64,000 nt of DNA, taken from positions 3,611-67,610 of the forward strand of contig CAZASA010000002.1 of assembly GCA_964487685.1 (NCBI GenBank). The letters are read 5' to 3'. Source of the stretch: an uncultured Planctomycetales bacterium (GTDB taxonomy: Bacteria > Omnitrophota > Gorgyraeia > Zapsychrales > Fredricksoniimonadaceae). The notes beneath the pieces are model-generated. The model saw only the letters and a program-made list of their open reading frames with translations, had not been told where the DNA came from and ran no database searches. Position 1 is the stretch's first letter. Every line of letters starts with the position of its first letter. A program made the translations under genes and the position numbers. This document shows positions 36,498 to 45,270 of the stretch, piece by piece.

Positions 36498-37412
36498 ATG
36501 GACCAAAAAGTCCGCAACGCCGCCATATTCAAAGATAATTTGCAAAACTTCTTTTTTGTCCTTCCAGCCTTTGCTATTTTCTGCATTTTTTACGTTTATC
36601 CTTTTTACAAAATGATCAATCTGTCCTTTTATGATTGGCGGGGGATCGGCGCCATGCATTTTATCGGGCTGTCGAATTACAAGGAATTGATGACCGATAA
36701 TCTCTGGTGGGATTCCATTTGGCACGCCGGCTACATCACGCTCATCGCCCTGACATTCCAGAACGCATTGGCCTTTGCCCTGGCGCTGGCCTGTGACAGG
36801 GAGATCCGCATGAAACGGTTTTACCGCGTGGTTTTCTTTATCCCGCCGGTGCTTTCCGAAGTCGTGGTCGGTCTTATCTTCAACTGGATATTGAACCCTG
36901 AAATGCAAAACGGCCAGTATATCGGGCTCTTGAATCATTTTTTATATACCACCGGCTTTCCCCAATTGGTCCACGACTGGCTGGGCGACCCCAGGACCGC
37001 GCTGACGACGATTGCCATTGTGCATAGCTGGAAAGGTTTCGGCTGGGGCTTTATCATGCTGTTGGCCGGATTACAGACCATTGACAAACAGCTTTATGAA
37101 GCGGCCAGGGTCGACGGGGCCAGTTCCTGGAAAACGTTCATGAACGTCACCATCCCCATGATGCTGCCGGTCATTTTGGTGGTGATGATCCTGACGATCT
37201 TAGGCTCCATGCAGGTTTTTGTATTGATCATTGCCATGGTCAATGAAGGGCTCGTCAATCACACCGATGTGCCGGTGACGCGGATTTTCTCGGCCATGCA
37301 GAACACCAACCGGTTTGGTTATGCCTGTGCCGAGGCGGTCATTTTCGGGATGATCCTGGTAGGAGTCTCTTTTATCATGAAAAGATTATCAGACAAGGTA
37401 AAGCAAGCATGA
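36498..37412 (+). CDS. Sugar ABC transporter permease (MalF-type)
   Basis: EAA loop 'EAARVDGASSWKTFMNVTIP'. Start reassigned to ATG 36498, just after the SBP stop. Confidence 0.8.
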   Translation: MDQKVRNAAIFKDNLQNFFFVLPAFAIFCIFYVYPFYKMINLSFYDWRGIGAMHFIGLSNYKELMTDNLWWDSIWHAGYITLIALTFQNALAFALALACDREIRMKRFYRVVFFIPPVLSEVVVGLIFNWILNPEMQNGQYIGLLNHFLYTTGFPQLVHDWLGDPRTALTTIAIVHSWKGFGWGFIMLLAGLQTIDKQLYEAARVDGASSWKTFMNVTIPMMLPVILVVMILTILGSMQVFVLIIAMVNEGLVNHTDVPVTRIFSAMQNTNRFGYACAEAVIFGMILVGVSFIMKRLSDKVKQA

Positions 37413-38254
37413 AGTTCAACAGATATATTTTTTGGGGAACGGCCAAATCAACCTTCATCCATATTTTTTTGATGAGCGTTGCGTTGACCTGCCTGTTTCC
37501 CATCTTCTGGATGGTGCGTTGCGCGTTGATGACCAATGAAACAGTTTTTGTCGACAAGTCATTGATCCCGCATCATTTGAACCCCGGCAATTTCGCCGCT
37601 GCCTGGACCATGGGGAATTTTGCCGTCTATTTTTTAAACAGCGTCATTTACACGGTTTCTGTCGTGACCGGCATTGTCCTGATCTCGTCCCTCGCTGCGT
37701 TTGCTTTTTCGCGGCTGAAATTTCCCGGTAAAGACATTATTTTTTATATGTTTGTGGCGGCCATGATGATCCCTTTGCCGGGTTCATTTGTGGCCCTGTT
37801 CGTACTGATGACTAAACTGCATCTGGTCAATACCCGTATCGGTTATATCCTGTGCATGATCAATGTGGGGCTTTCCATGAGCATTTTATTGTTCAAGACT
37901 TTTTTTGACAAGATGCCCCATGAGCTGGAAGATGCCGCCCGCATCGACGGATGCGGCAAGATAGGTATCTGGTGGAACATGGCCATGCCCTTTGCGCGTC
38001 CGGCCATTGCCGTCATTGTGATCTTTAATTCTCTGAATGTTTGGAATGAGTATATCCTCTCCAATCTGCTTTTGGTCGACACCAAGTTGATGCCCTTACA
38101 AAGGGGCCTCGTGGTCTTTCAGGGGGCCAACAGCACGGATTATCCGGTCCTGATGGCGGGGCTGACAATGGCCGCGATACCCATTATTGTGATATACTTA
38201 CTTATGCAAAAACATATCGTCAAAGGCCTGTCGTCCGGAGAGGTGATAGGCTAA
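37409..38254 (+). CDS. Sugar ABC transporter permease (MalG-type)
   Basis: EAA loop 'EDAARIDGCGKIGIWWNMAMP'. ATGA overlap with the upstream gene. Confidence 0.8.
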   Translation: MKFNRYIFWGTAKSTFIHIFLMSVALTCLFPIFWMVRCALMTNETVFVDKSLIPHHLNPGNFAAAWTMGNFAVYFLNSVIYTVSVVTGIVLISSLAAFAFSRLKFPGKDIIFYMFVAAMMIPLPGSFVALFVLMTKLHLVNTRIGYILCMINVGLSMSILLFKTFFDKMPHELEDAARIDGCGKIGIWWNMAMPFARPAIAVIVIFNSLNVWNEYILSNLLLVDTKLMPLQRGLVVFQGANSTDYPVLMAGLTMAAIPIIVIYLLMQKHIVKGLSSGEVIG

Positions 38255-40581
38255 TGCAAAGGATCTTTTGCGGCACATGCATTATTGCGCTTTTATTTTT
38301 GGCGGCACCTTGTGCCCATGCCCAGCCTGACCAGGGTGTCGACACGACGGTCGCGAACCGCAGCACCACCGAGATCGTACGTTTAGCCTGGGAAGCTTCC
38401 AACAAGGACAATTTGGCGGATATATCAGCCCTGGTCGAAGAAATATTAAGGGATTACGGGAACCAGGCCAAGATCTTGGCCGCCCAATTGGACCAGTTCC
38501 CTCCCCGGGACAGGTTCAACGAATATAAGGTGATGTCCGACGTAGCGACGACCCTGTTCATCAAAGCGGAAACCTTGATGCGCCAGGGAAAGAACAAAGA
38601 AGCGATCAAAGAATTTAAAGGCATTATTGCCCAATATCCCTGGGCCCAGAATTTCGATCCCAGCCGCGGTTCATACTGGTCGGTGGCGGATAAATCCCAA
38701 TCATCCATTGATATGATGGAAGGCAAAGACCCTTCAGCACAGCTTGCTGCCAGTAACATCCCCAAGACCCTTCCCCAACTGAAATTCCAGGGGACAGAAG
38801 ATGTCATTGATTGGACGAAATTCGGTAATTTCCTTAATGTGGGCACTAAAAACTACCATTATCAAATCACCGACCAGGCAGGCTTAGCGGCGGCGATGGG
38901 AGAGGGCATATATCCCAACATATCCGATGTGTATAGAGACCCTGGTTACAAAATGATCATGAAAGCAGGCCGTCTGCGGGGAAGCCATTGGGACTTTACC
39001 AACACGACAGACCTGCAAGCGGCATTTTATAAATGGGTGACCGCGCCCGAATCCAGGGGGGTCCAATTATTTTATACCGGTGAGATCTTTGAAAAAGCAG
39101 GGATGTATAAAAAAGCGATCAAGGCCTACGATGCTCTTGTCGTGCTTTTTCCGTCGACGATAGCCTGGACCTATTGGCAGACCCCGTGGTATCCCGGCCA
39201 GGCGGCGGTGGCTAAGATCCAGTATTTGATCCGTATCCATCCGGAATTGGGGCTGGATTATAAAGGCGGCAAGATCCGCATCGTCAACCCTGATAATGAT
39301 CCGCATGAATATGTGACGATCACCGATCCGGGTACGATCATTAAATTAAGCGATGACCAGATAGCTGTGCAAAAAGCAAACCCGCACCCTAAAAAAACGT
39401 CACTTGGCGCTCCGGTCTATTTTTCGGGCAAGGGGCAGGTGCGGTTTGTCAAATTTGAGAACGGCAACTGGCAATTATGGGTGGACAATAAACCATTCTT
39501 TATCAAGGGAATGGCGTATATGCCAACCAGGGTGGGGCAAAGTCCTGATGACGGCACCATGGTCGACTGGATGAAGGAAGATGACGATCACAATGGCATC
39601 ATTGACGCGCCTTATGAAGCGTGGGTGGATAAATATGGTGACAACAAGCGCCACTCCGACGAGCCGAAAGTGGGTGATTTTTACCTGATGAAGGAGATGG
39701 GGGTCAACACCCTGCGCATTTATTATCAGACCTATATGAAATCCGACAAGGCCTTCTTAGAAAAGATGTACCGGGAATACGGGTTGAAGGTGGCGATGAG
39801 CAATTTTATCGGCAAGTACGCTATCGGTTCAGGGGCGACTTGGACCGAAGGTACCGATTACGAAAATCCCGAGCAGCAGAAGAACATGTTGAAATATATC
39901 CGCGAGATGGTCAATGAATTTAAGGATGAGCCCTATATCCTGATGTGGATCTTGGGGAATGAAAATAATTATGGTGTTGCTTCCAATGCGAACAGGAAAC
40001 CTGAGGCATACTATCAATTTGTCAATGAAGCGGCGAAGATGATCAAGTCGATCGACCCCAACCATCCGGTAGCGATCTGTAACGGGGACACCTTGTTCCT
40101 GGATAAATTCGGAAAATATGCCCCTGATGTTGATGCTTATGGGGCGAATGTCTATCGCGGGGACTATGGGTTCGGGTCATTCTGGGACGATGTTAAAGAA
40201 CTGGCCGACAAGCCGGCGTTCATCACCGAGTACGGGGCCCCTTCTTTCGCGCTGACCATGAACTACAACGATTCCCAGCAAGCACAGGCGGATTATCATA
40301 AAGGCAATTGGCTCGACATCCTCTATAACAGCGCCGGTTACGTCGATGGTGCAGGAAATTCCGTCGGTGGCATGGCTTTTGAATGGCTGGATGAATGGTG
40401 GAAGAATTATTCTCCTGCCATCCATGACACCAAGGCCGATGCGATAGGCCCTTTTCCGGGCGGGTATTATTTTGAGGAGTGGTTTGGCATATTCGGCCAG
40501 GGAGACGGCTCACAAAGCCCGTACTTGCGCGAAGGTAGGAAAGTGTATTATACTTATAAGGAGCTTTGGAAGGAACAATGA
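38254..40581 (+). CDS. Secreted glycoside hydrolase, clan GH-A TIM barrel (GH2/GH5-like) with an N-terminal helical domain
   Basis: Signal peptide; acid/base 'WILGNENNYG' and nucleophile 'FITEYGAPS', like the GH2 'WSIANEP'/'ITEYG' pair. Confidence 0.5.
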   Translation: MQRIFCGTCIIALLFLAAPCAHAQPDQGVDTTVANRSTTEIVRLAWEASNKDNLADISALVEEILRDYGNQAKILAAQLDQFPPRDRFNEYKVMSDVATTLFIKAETLMRQGKNKEAIKEFKGIIAQYPWAQNFDPSRGSYWSVADKSQSSIDMMEGKDPSAQLAASNIPKTLPQLKFQGTEDVIDWTKFGNFLNVGTKNYHYQITDQAGLAAAMGEGIYPNISDVYRDPGYKMIMKAGRLRGSHWDFTNTTDLQAAFYKWVTAPESRGVQLFYTGEIFEKAGMYKKAIKAYDALVVLFPSTIAWTYWQTPWYPGQAAVAKIQYLIRIHPELGLDYKGGKIRIVNPDNDPHEYVTITDPGTIIKLSDDQIAVQKANPHPKKTSLGAPVYFSGKGQVRFVKFENGNWQLWVDNKPFFIKGMAYMPTRVGQSPDDGTMVDWMKEDDDHNGIIDAPYEAWVDKYGDNKRHSDEPKVGDFYLMKEMGVNTLRIYYQTYMKSDKAFLEKMYREYGLKVAMSNFIGKYAIGSGATWTEGTDYENPEQQKNMLKYIREMVNEFKDEPYILMWILGNENNYGVASNANRKPEAYYQFVNEAAKMIKSIDPNHPVAICNGDTLFLDKFGKYAPDVDAYGANVYRGDYGFGSFWDDVKELADKPAFITEYGAPSFALTMNYNDSQQAQADYHKGNWLDILYNSAGYVDGAGNSVGGMAFEWLDEWWKNYSPAIHDTKADAIGPFPGGYYFEEWFGIFGQGDGSQSPYLREGRKVYYTYKELWKEQ

Positions 40582-40653
40582 AGGGCTATAGGGTGCTCTG
40601 CATTTATGTAAATCTGTTTTCACCCCAGTGGGAACGTAACTAGGAGGAAGGTA

Positions 40654-41622
40654 ATGAAAAAATGGTTAGGGTTTTTAATTGTTGCAACATTTGGCCTATG
40701 CGCGATGAATGTTTTCGCGGATGACCAGGGCGCAGCGAGTGCCGCAAAAATGGCTGCGGAGACGCAACCGGCACCGGTTCCAGGGGGCGATGCTGGTCAG
40801 GCACCCATGGCTGCTCCTGCAGCTGCGATGAAAGCACCGATCAATTTTGGGGATTTCCGTTCCTCAACCTTGGTCACTAAGGCATGGAATGCATTGGCTC
40901 AAAATGATATTGAGTCAGTACTCGCGTACACTAATAAATGCATCTCACTTTATGCGGCCAAGGCCGGTGAAATGCAGACAAGTTTAAAGGACTACGTCAC
41001 CGGCACCAATGATGATATATTCAAATATTGGGCCCTTAATGATGTGGCTACCAGCTACTACATTCAAGGAGAGGCGTATCGTGCTGCAAACATGAAGGAT
41101 GAGGCCAAAGAAGCCTATAATAAATTGATCAAGGATTATAGTTTTGGCCAGACATGGGACACCAAGGGCTGGTTCTGGAAACCTGCCGAAGCCGCCAAAG
41201 AAAAGTTAAGCATGATCGCTTCCGGTGTCAGTTGGGATTTTGGTGATTATTCTTCAAGCACCTTGGTCCAGAAGGCATGGGCAGCGTTGGCAGCCAATGA
41301 TCTTAAGGGCGTGCAGGCGTATGTCAATAAGACCCTGGAGTTATACGCCGCAAAAGCCAAAGAGATGCAAGGCTCGTTGAAGGAATATCCCTGGGAATCC
41401 AAAGAAAAGACATTCGGCTATTGGGCCCTTAATGATGTCGGGACAGGCTTGTTTATTTTAGGTGAAGCTTATCAAAATGCAGGCAAAAAAGATGATGCTA
41501 CTGCCGCATACAAGAGAGTCATTAATGAGTTCTTCTATTCTCAATGCTGGGATCCGGGTGGCTGGTTCTGGAAACCTGCCGAAGCAGCACAGCAGAAATT
41601 AGGCGAGTTGGATAACGTATAG
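40654..41622 (+). CDS. Secreted protein with internally duplicated ~150-aa helical (TPR-like) domain
   Basis: Signal peptide; two tandem copies, each ending in 'WFWKPAEAA'; same domain as the N-terminus of the 38254 GH. Confidence 0.5.
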   Translation: MKKWLGFLIVATFGLCAMNVFADDQGAASAAKMAAETQPAPVPGGDAGQAPMAAPAAAMKAPINFGDFRSSTLVTKAWNALAQNDIESVLAYTNKCISLYAAKAGEMQTSLKDYVTGTNDDIFKYWALNDVATSYYIQGEAYRAANMKDEAKEAYNKLIKDYSFGQTWDTKGWFWKPAEAAKEKLSMIASGVSWDFGDYSSSTLVQKAWAALAANDLKGVQAYVNKTLELYAAKAKEMQGSLKEYPWESKEKTFGYWALNDVGTGLFILGEAYQNAGKKDDATAAYKRVINEFFYSQCWDPGGWFWKPAEAAQQKLGELDNV

Positions 41623-41625
41623 TTG

Positions 41626-41669
41626 ATAAATGGTGACGTCTACCAAAAATAGGTAGACGTCACCATTTA
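41626..41669. repeat. REPIN: inverted doublet of the RAYT-associated REP (aaatggtgacgtctacc-aaaaata-ggtagacgtcaccattt)
   Basis: Same 17-nt REP core as the RAYT flanks, present as a hairpin-forming doublet 3 nt after a stop codon. Confidence 0.75.
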
Positions 41670-41710
41670 CTAAATTTCTTCGTAATTTCCCCCTAGAGAT
41701 ACCAAGAAAG

Positions 41711-42337
41711 ATGAAGATGAACGTAGTCAGGTATTTTTTTATTTTGCTTGTTTTTGTCCCGTGCATGTCCCGCGCCCAGGACAGCGACATCTCCGGCGAT
41801 GACCAAGCCAAGTCCTTTCAACCTTTTGTCGTCTACCAGGATAAAGGGTCGATCAACCGCTTTGTGCCTTCAGGCTATATGCCGACCGGCGAATGCATCA
41901 AAATGGACGACGCCTGGAGGGACAATTGCCAGGAAGGTAAGACCTGTATCAAGAACATTTATGATATTGCCTGCTCGCTCAAAGGCCGGCATTGGGCAGG
42001 GATCTATTGGCTTCATCCCGCCGACAATTGGGGCGACAGGAAGGGCGGGTTTAATTTGACCGGTGCCAAGAAATTGACATTTTGGGCCCGCGGGGACAAT
42101 GGCGGCGAGAAGATCTCAGAGTTCAGGATTGGCGGAGTTGGCCAAGGCCGGGATTATCCTGACTCTGACACAGCCTCTATAGGGCCTGTGATTCTGTCCA
42201 AACAATGGAAAAAATATGAGATCGACCTGCGTGACAAAGACCTGACCTATATCAGCGGAGGCTTTGCCTGGATCGCCAATGTTGATGATAATCCTACCAC
42301 CTGCACCTTTTATCTAGATAACATCCAATACGAATAA
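41711..42337 (+). CDS. Secreted hypothetical protein (possible carbohydrate-binding beta-sandwich)
   Basis: Signal peptide 'FFILLVFVPCMSRAQD'; no recognised family. Confidence 0.4.
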   Translation: MKMNVVRYFFILLVFVPCMSRAQDSDISGDDQAKSFQPFVVYQDKGSINRFVPSGYMPTGECIKMDDAWRDNCQEGKTCIKNIYDIACSLKGRHWAGIYWLHPADNWGDRKGGFNLTGAKKLTFWARGDNGGEKISEFRIGGVGQGRDYPDSDTASIGPVILSKQWKKYEIDLRDKDLTYISGGFAWIANVDDNPTTCTFYLDNIQYE

Positions 42338-42424
42338 TAGGCAAAATTGTTTTGAATTCTCTTGTATTGAAGCTAATGCTTTGATATATTTTGTATTATA
42401 TCAATGAAAGGCTAAGGAGAAAAT

Positions 42425-43735
42425 ATGTCGATAGCTGTGCGCGTTAGTGTTTGGATATTAGGAGTGCTTGTTGTGGTCAGTGCTGCGGTCGCGGTATTGG
42501 CGTTGGTGCAAAAGCAAACACTGCAAGGACAGAACCAGAGCCTCCATTCTCAAATTACCGACTATCAAATGAAGTTGGAGAATTTAAATTCGACGGTCAA
42601 AAAATTAAATGATACCGCAGACCAGCTCAATAGCAAAATTTCCCAGTCGCAACAAGACAAGGCTCAGTTACAAAGCCTGAATGACACCTTAAAACAAAAA
42701 TCCGACGACCTGCAAAACCAGTTGAACCAGGCCGGTTCCGACCGGGATGATTGGAAAAACAGGGTCGATACCTTAAGCCATGAACGCGATGCGTTGATGG
42801 AAAAATTAAAGAACCCTCCTGTCAAGATCGTTTACAAGGACCGTATCGTCTATAAAACCGCACCTGCCGGCGATGATGATGCTTCTAATCCGTCGGGCGT
42901 CAGTGTCGGGCAGGGCGATCAGTATTGGGCTTCCGTATTGAAGCAGAAGGCAGCACTCCAGCTTGAGATCGATAAACAGAAAAACCAATTGGACGAAGCT
43001 GCCTTGCAGGTGGTAGAGCTTAAGAAACAAAATTCCGACCTGGAATTGGAGATCAAGCAGATCGGTAATGAGAAGGATGAGATCAACCAAAAGATAAAAT
43101 ATGGACAGGATTTGGCCGATAACCTGGCCATTGATCTTGCCCGCTCACGCAATGACCAGAAAGCGGTCAATGACCGCGCCGATAAACTTAAAGGCGAGAA
43201 CCTGGATTTGCTTTCCCAGATCAGGGCTTTGACCTCAACGAAGGTCGACCTTGAAAAGACTATTTCTCGCCTGACCGATGACAAAGACGCGATGCAAAAG
43301 AAATTGATCGAGACGGAGAGCATCATTCAAAGCCGTATCGATGATATCTGGAAGATCAAGTCAAGCCTGGACAAGAAACTTTCCCAGAACATGGCTTCAA
43401 TACCTTCTTCGCCTTCCTCATCAGGCAGCGGCAGCATGGAATTACCTCCGATCATTGTCAATGCCGCCGGCCAGCAACAGGACGCCGCAGCATCTGCGCC
43501 TGCAGGGATGAGGACAGAGGGGGCGATCATCAGCATGAACGACACCAATAATTTCGTCATCGTGGATCTTGGCCAGAGCAATAGTGCTGTGAGCGTCGGC
43601 AATAGCCTCAAGGTCTATCGCGGATCAAATGTCATTGCCGACCTGGAGGTCATCCAGGTCCGTCGTGAGATCTGTGCCGCGGATATCAAGGACAAGACCG
43701 CTGACCTTAAAGTCGGGGATGTCGTAAAGATGTAA
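42425..43735 (+). CDS. Membrane-anchored coiled-coil protein with C-terminal small beta-domain, hypothetical
   Basis: N-terminal TM, ~300 aa of Q/L/D/K heptad repeats, and a C-terminal 'VIVDLGQSNSAVSVGNSLKVYRG...VGDVVKM' OB/SAF-like segment. Confidence 0.45.
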   Translation: MSIAVRVSVWILGVLVVVSAAVAVLALVQKQTLQGQNQSLHSQITDYQMKLENLNSTVKKLNDTADQLNSKISQSQQDKAQLQSLNDTLKQKSDDLQNQLNQAGSDRDDWKNRVDTLSHERDALMEKLKNPPVKIVYKDRIVYKTAPAGDDDASNPSGVSVGQGDQYWASVLKQKAALQLEIDKQKNQLDEAALQVVELKKQNSDLELEIKQIGNEKDEINQKIKYGQDLADNLAIDLARSRNDQKAVNDRADKLKGENLDLLSQIRALTSTKVDLEKTISRLTDDKDAMQKKLIETESIIQSRIDDIWKIKSSLDKKLSQNMASIPSSPSSSGSGSMELPPIIVNAAGQQQDAAASAPAGMRTEGAIISMNDTNNFVIVDLGQSNSAVSVGNSLKVYRGSNVIADLEVIQVRREICAADIKDKTADLKVGDVVKM

Positions 43736-43770
43736 TTTTAGTCTAACCTTTTCATTCGTTTGATCACACC

Positions 43771-44778
43771 GTGGTTGAAAAAAAAATAAGCATAACAGAT
43801 GTCGCCCGCAAGGCCAATGTATCCATCACGACAGTCTCTCGCGTCCTTAACAAAGTCCCCACCGTCAATAAAGAGATCGCCCAGCGTGTCGAGCAGGTCA
43901 TCAGCGAGCTTAAGTTCCGCCCTAATCCAACGGCCCAGCGCCTGGCCAAAGGTATCCAGAATACGGCTGTCGGTTTTGTCATTCCCGGTTATCCGGGCAT
44001 TTTCCATTCTTTCTATGCCGTTGAGCTGATGCGCGGCATCGGCCATGGCTGTGAGACCTTAAGGCTCGATTTGATCTTCCATATTACAGACGGGAGCAAT
44101 CCATTAAGGTCAAATTTTGCCGGCGGCCTTATTTTTGCGGACATCATCGAGAATTTGCCCCAGGTCGAGACCGCTGTCCGTGAGGGCACGCCCTGCCTGG
44201 TCATCAACCATATTGTCAAAGACCTCAAGGTCAGTTATATCGCGGTGGACAATGTCAAAGGCGGTTTTACCGCCGCGGAATACCTGATCAATTTAGGCCA
44301 TAAGCGTATCGCCACCATCACCGGCAATATGCAGACCCAGGCCGGCATCGACCGTTTTGAAGGTTTCCAGAAGGCCCTCAAAGAGCACGATATTGATTGC
44401 CCGCCGGATTATGTGTATAAGGGAGACTATTCCCGCCGTTCGGCCCGTCAAGCCGCGGAACGTTTTTTCTCCCTGGAAAACCCGCCGACCGCGATCTTCG
44501 CCGCCAGCGATGAGATGGCCCTTGAGGTCATTTCGGTCGCCATGGAAAACGGCATCAAGGTGCCGGAAGATATTTCCATCATCGGATTTGACGATAACCC
44601 CGCGGGACTTTTTGGGCCCGTGGGATTGACCACGATCAAACAGCCCTTGTTTGCCATGGGTGAAGAGGCCACCAAGGTCATTTATGAGATCATGACAGGC
44701 AAGCAAGAAGGCCTCATCCACAAAGTCCTTTCTCCGGATCTCATCATCCGCGAATCCTGCGCCGAACCCTCTTCGTAA
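43771..44778 (+). CDS. LacI family transcriptional regulator
   Basis: HTH 'ITDVARKANVSITTVSRVLNK' plus periplasmic-binding-fold C-terminus. GTG start. Confidence 0.8.
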   Translation: MVEKKISITDVARKANVSITTVSRVLNKVPTVNKEIAQRVEQVISELKFRPNPTAQRLAKGIQNTAVGFVIPGYPGIFHSFYAVELMRGIGHGCETLRLDLIFHITDGSNPLRSNFAGGLIFADIIENLPQVETAVREGTPCLVINHIVKDLKVSYIAVDNVKGGFTAAEYLINLGHKRIATITGNMQTQAGIDRFEGFQKALKEHDIDCPPDYVYKGDYSRRSARQAAERFFSLENPPTAIFAASDEMALEVISVAMENGIKVPEDISIIGFDDNPAGLFGPVGLTTIKQPLFAMGEEATKVIYEIMTGKQEGLIHKVLSPDLIIRESCAEPSS

Positions 44779-44823
44779 CGCACGCCATTTTAAATATAAA
44801 TTTATTAATTTTGAGTGCACGTC

Positions 44824-44925
44824 GAGATGAAGAACTATTATATATTCGGCACGGGATATTTTCGCCTTGCGTACTTTTGGCGAAAAATCCCTTAATGTGC
44901 CGAATATATAATAGTTCTTCATCTC
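44824..44925. repeat. ~100-nt perfect-arm hairpin element (29-bp perfect inverted repeat, 44-nt spacer with internal 13-bp IR)
   Basis: gagatgaagaactattatatattcggcac at 44824-44852 is exactly reverse-complementary to 44897-44925. Confidence 0.6.
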
Positions 44926-44971
44926 TAGACGCATGTAAATAAGTAATAATTCTCTTCGAAACATGCGGATA

Positions 44972-45197
44972 GCTAACGGCTAAATTTATTGTTTCGCAGC
45001 GACTTGTCATTTTTAGTCAAAAGTTTCTTGTTGTTCCGGGAATCCTGAGGCTTTTTCGCCGAAGGATGGCTGAACATGATCGAGCCTTGTCCGCCAGAGG
45101 CGGATAAGGCGAGTTGTTCAGCCACCGGAACAACAGAAAAACTTTTGACGTTAAAAAAATGACCCAGGAGCAAGAAGCAATAAATTTAGCCGTTAGC
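44972..45197. repeat. ~225-nt inverted-repeat element with ~70-nt arms (~85% complementarity) and a structured 85-nt core
   Basis: Left arm gctaacggctaaatttattgtttcgcagcgacttgtcatttttagtcaaaagtttcttgttgttccgg pairs with the reverse complement of 45125-45197. The core contains a 12-bp stem gccttgtccgcc/ggcggataaggc. Confidence 0.55.
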
Positions 45198-45270
45198 GCC
45201 CGTAGAGTTTAGATTGTATAGAGCGCGTTATTGTTGACAATCGTCGCATTTCAGGGTATTTTAGTGCCTT

